The notes below the pieces were generated by a model that worked only from the letters and a program-made list of their open reading frames with translations, was not told the DNA's origin and did not search any database. 57,308 nucleotides of DNA, taken from positions 1 through 57,308 of IMG/VR virus record IMGVR_UViG_3300044972_000184. One strand, 5' to 3'. This stretch comes from a virus. Lineage: Duplodnaviria; Caudoviricetes. Position 1 is the stretch's first letter; every line of letters starts with the position of its first letter. Positions 54,800 to 57,308 of this stretch are shown piece by piece. Position numbers and translations under genes: made by a program.

Positions 54800-55421
54800 G
54801 GAACTGTCCGAACGCTTGGTCCGACTCGGTGATCTACCGTTCAGCCAACAGTACGACAAAGCCAGAACTGCGGCGTCGTTCGACCACTACGGTGAGGCGG
54901 TGTGGGGTGCGCTCTGGATGGAACATGCCAGCACCGTGAAGTCGCTGCCTGAGTATGCTTTCCAGCACACACTGAGCCTCAACGTGCGTGTCCCTGTTGG
55001 TGATGGCCACCGTGATATCACTATGTCACTGCCGCAGAGGATGCCGGTGCCCGCCGTGTTACCCGACAACGCCCTGATCGAAGGGTCTGCGTCGTGGGAC
55101 GCTCGCTTCATCAAGCTGCGTCCTGTCCCGCACTGGGATGGGCTGGTCGGTGAGGTCACGGCGTGGGTCGACACGCTGAATACTATCGACTCACAACGCA
55201 AGGCGTTCCGGCGAAACTTGGAGAAACTTCTCGGTGCGTACTCCTCACTGGCCCCGGCACTGAAGGCTTGGCCCCCGCTGTGGGACCTGCTGCCCGACGA
55301 TGTGAAGGAGAAGCACAAGGACGTGACCAAGCGGGAGAAGAAGGAGGTTGCACTGGATGGCATCGACCTCTCCTCGATGACCGCCACCCTCACTGTACGC
55401 AAGCTGCTGGGCGGGTCCTGA
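54777..55421 (+). CDS. Second Nmad5-like protein (tentative)
   Basis: VRIT.EL N-terminus; SL..ALKAWP.L..LLP C-terminal motif. Confidence 0.5.
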   Translation: MATVRITKELSERLVRLGDLPFSQQYDKARTAASFDHYGEAVWGALWMEHASTVKSLPEYAFQHTLSLNVRVPVGDGHRDITMSLPQRMPVPAVLPDNALIEGSASWDARFIKLRPVPHWDGLVGEVTAWVDTLNTIDSQRKAFRRNLEKLLGAYSSLAPALKAWPPLWDLLPDDVKEKHKDVTKREKKEVALDGIDLSSMTATLTVRKLLGGS

Positions 55422-55425
55422 CACC

Positions 55426-55818
55426 ATGCCCCTCGATGTCATAGGACTGAAGGCTCGTGCGTTCCGGTATACCTTTCTGCTGACGGGTGTCGCGGACTAT
55501 ACATTGAGGGGCAAAGGCCGCAGCCGCACCGTGGTGGAGGCAAGACAGGCGCTGATGTTCGCTCTGTGGGACGGAGGGATGTCTTACTCTGCCATCGGTA
55601 GGCTGCTGGGCAAGCACCACACCACCATCATGCACGGGGTGAAGCAGGCTGTGATCCTGCGCGAGAACCACTCAGCGTTCCGCGACCTGTGTGGGGTACT
55701 GAGGCGGTTGATATTTAACGAAGGAGGGACTGACAGTGGCGAAGGGTGTGATCGTACAGTGGACACCAGAGATGGACGAGAAGCTCAAACAAATCTGGCC
55801 AGTGATGAAGCGGCATGA
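55426..55818 (+). CDS. Stand-alone DnaA domain IV-like HTH protein
   Basis: R...VV.ARQ..M..L....S...IGR.LG.HHTTIMHG. Confidence 0.75.
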   Translation: MPLDVIGLKARAFRYTFLLTGVADYTLRGKGRSRTVVEARQALMFALWDGGMSYSAIGRLLGKHHTTIMHGVKQAVILRENHSAFRDLCGVLRRLIFNEGGTDSGEGCDRTVDTRDGREAQTNLASDEAA

Positions 55819-56038
55819 GGCAGCACGTGAGATGAACACCACCGAGTCCAGCCTGTACCGCAGGGCACAGACGCTCGGCCTTGAGATGACGAGGGACAAG
55901 GCATCACTCGGTGGACGTGTCGACACCGACAGCACCCGTGATGTGAGGGCCACACGTGAGTTCGAGAAGGCATACCGCACCGCTGCCAAGCGCAACGGCT
56001 GGCTGTCTGTCACTGACTATAGGGGATATGCAGGATGA
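55736..56038 (+). CDS. GcrA-like N-terminal HTH protein
   Basis: GGAGG SD; WT.E....LK..W......A..M..T..S...RA..LGL. Confidence 0.55.
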   Translation: MAKGVIVQWTPEMDEKLKQIWPVMKRHEAAREMNTTESSLYRRAQTLGLEMTRDKASLGGRVDTDSTRDVRATREFEKAYRTAAKRNGWLSVTDYRGYAG

Positions 56039-56250
56039 GTGACCCGCTCGACACCCAAGTGGGGGGCGACCACTACAAGCTGGCGATTCAGCCCATCGAG
56101 TACATCCATGCCAACAAGCTGGGGTTCGTCGAGGGGAACATCGTCAAGTACGTCACGAGACATCGTGACAAGGGCCGGGCGCAGGACATCCGCAAGGTGA
56201 TCCACTACGCCCAGTTGCTGCTGAAGCTAGAGTACGGAGAGACGGAATGA
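56035..56250 (+). CDS. DUF3310 / SaV-like protein
   Basis: QVGG.HY...IQP..F..GN.VKY..R...K....D..K..HY. Confidence 0.85.
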   Translation: MSDPLDTQVGGDHYKLAIQPIEYIHANKLGFVEGNIVKYVTRHRDKGRAQDIRKVIHYAQLLLKLEYGETE

Positions 56251-56546
56251 CTACGATCACGCAGGAGCAGTATGATGTGGAACGGGTGATTGCAGCAATG
56301 CGCGCTGTTCAAATGCACGTCGGCGGTCACGAAGTCTGCGTGGCCAAAGACGCGCAACTAACGGACGACGAAGTTGCCGAACTGGCCCGCGCTGCAATGG
56401 CCGCCACGCGCGAAATTGATGCAGAGGCTCTGCGTAACGTCGCGGAGGAATGGCCTTATTTGTCGGCACAAGAAAACAAGCGCCGCGAAACGATGCTGAG
56501 CATTGCCGCCGACTGGCTGCAACAACGCGCGCTAGGTGCGCCATGA
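56247..56546 (+). CDS. Hypothetical protein
   Basis: GGAG SD, ATGA-coupled at both ends. Confidence 0.6.
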   Translation: MTTITQEQYDVERVIAAMRAVQMHVGGHEVCVAKDAQLTDDEVAELARAAMAATREIDAEALRNVAEEWPYLSAQENKRRETMLSIAADWLQQRALGAP

Positions 56547-56788
56547 AAGTCGTACTCAACCCTAACCACTTCCGTATCAGGGCGAGGCGGGAAGACGGCA
56601 CCATATGGCTAACGCACGAGAAGATCGGGGACCCGGTGCGCCCGGTGAAGGACCTGACGAACGAGATACTTCTCTGCCTGTGTGCTGACCTGAACGGGGT
56701 CGACGGCACCAAGAAGGTCGAGCGGTCCGTCATGTTCAACGACGGGTGGAAGTGTAAGGTAACGGTGGAAGTGGAGGGAGATAACTGA
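56543..56788 (+). CDS. Hypothetical protein
   Basis: Coupled ATG at 56543; stop overlaps the polymerase ATG. Confidence 0.6.
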   Translation: MKVVLNPNHFRIRARREDGTIWLTHEKIGDPVRPVKDLTNEILLCLCADLNGVDGTKKVERSVMFNDGWKCKVTVEVEGDN

Positions 56789-57308
56789 TGGACATCTATA
56801 CGATAGATTGGGAAACTCACTATACACGGGAGTATAGTTTATCCCGCCTGACAACCGAAGCCTACGTCCGGTCGCCGCTGTTTGAGGTGATCGGCATGGG
56901 CATCAAGAAGAACGACGGCCCCACCAAGTGGGTACCCAAGCCGCTGGTCAAGCCGTTCCTCGACACCATGCGCCCGGTGCTGGAGAAGGCAGCGGTCCTC
57001 TGCCACAACACGGCGTTCGATGGGGCGATCCTGTCGTGGCACTACGACATCAAGCCGACGCTCTGGTTGGATACCCTGTCGATGGCCCGACCGATCCACA
57101 GTGTGGACGTGGGCGGCAGCCTCAAGGCGCTGGTGGCGTACTATAATCTGGGGGCGAAGGGTACCGAGGTGGTGAACGCCCTCGGCAAACGATACGCAGA
57201 CTTCTCTCCACCCGAACTGGCCGCCTACGGATCGTACTGCATCAACGATACCGAACTGACATACGCCCTGTTCCACAAGCTGAAGCCACAGATTCCGACG
57301 CACGAGTT
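56788..57308 (+). CDS. polA: Family A DNA polymerase, N-terminal 3'-5' exonuclease part (continues at position 128)
   Basis: MDIYTIDWET (ExoI), HNTAFD (ExoII), YCIND (ExoIII); absent from the ORF track because it runs off the end. Confidence 0.92.
   Translation, partial: MDIYTIDWETHYTREYSLSRLTTEAYVRSPLFEVIGMGIKKNDGPTKWVPKPLVKPFLDTMRPVLEKAAVLCHNTAFDGAILSWHYDIKPTLWLDTLSMARPIHSVDVGGSLKALVAYYNLGAKGTEVVNALGKRYADFSPPELAAYGSYCINDTELTYALFHKLKPQIPTHE
57182..57308. repeat. 127-bp terminal direct repeat, copy 2
   Basis: Identical to 1-127. Confidence 0.95.

Noticed and set aside
57182-57308. Biological direct terminal repeat
   Set aside because: Exactly 127 bp and interrupts the polymerase gene; best explained as assembler k-mer overlap of a circular contig
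1-57308. tRNA genes, integrase, stop-codon recoding
   Set aside because: No cloverleaf or recombinase motif recognised by eye, and core genes are intact in the standard code; tRNAscan-SE and HMM searches would be needed to exclude them formally

Overview
Apparently complete, circularly assembled genome (~57,181 bp unique; bases 57182-57308 repeat bases 1-127) of a GC-rich, podovirus-type tailed phage, probably of an Alphaproteobacterium (inference from GcrA-like and DnaA-domain-IV-like genes and promoter style). Plus strand: early/host-takeover genes (45765-56788), running across the contig join into a replication module (family A DNA polymerase, Cas4-like nuclease, VRR-NUC, SNF2 helicase, SSB-like protein, primase-helicase; to 8815). 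Minus strand: HNH, terminases, portal, scaffold, capsid, adaptors, tailspike, two collagen fibres with a GT2-TPR glycosyltransferase, a heme-oxygenase-like gene, lysis cassette, tail tube/nozzle and ejection proteins (45437 to 8808). No integrase, reverse transcriptase, tRNA or CRISPR array was recognised. The most striking signals are non-coding. (1) A ~76-nt sRNA upstream of the portal gene, with its own promoter and terminator, has three anti-Shine-Dalgarno elements and is complementary to the start regions of the phage's own MoxR/vWA early genes; several late promoters appear to make leaderless mRNAs that would escape it. (2) A type II hammerhead ribozyme lies in the early operon. (3) The early leader has a boxA inside a pseudoknot. 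(4) A putative origin carries ~15 iterons and IHF sites. A Gly-X repeat / small beta-protein / Gly-X repeat cassette with conserved leader and tail peptides is also unexplained. Family names come from motif recognition, not database searches.
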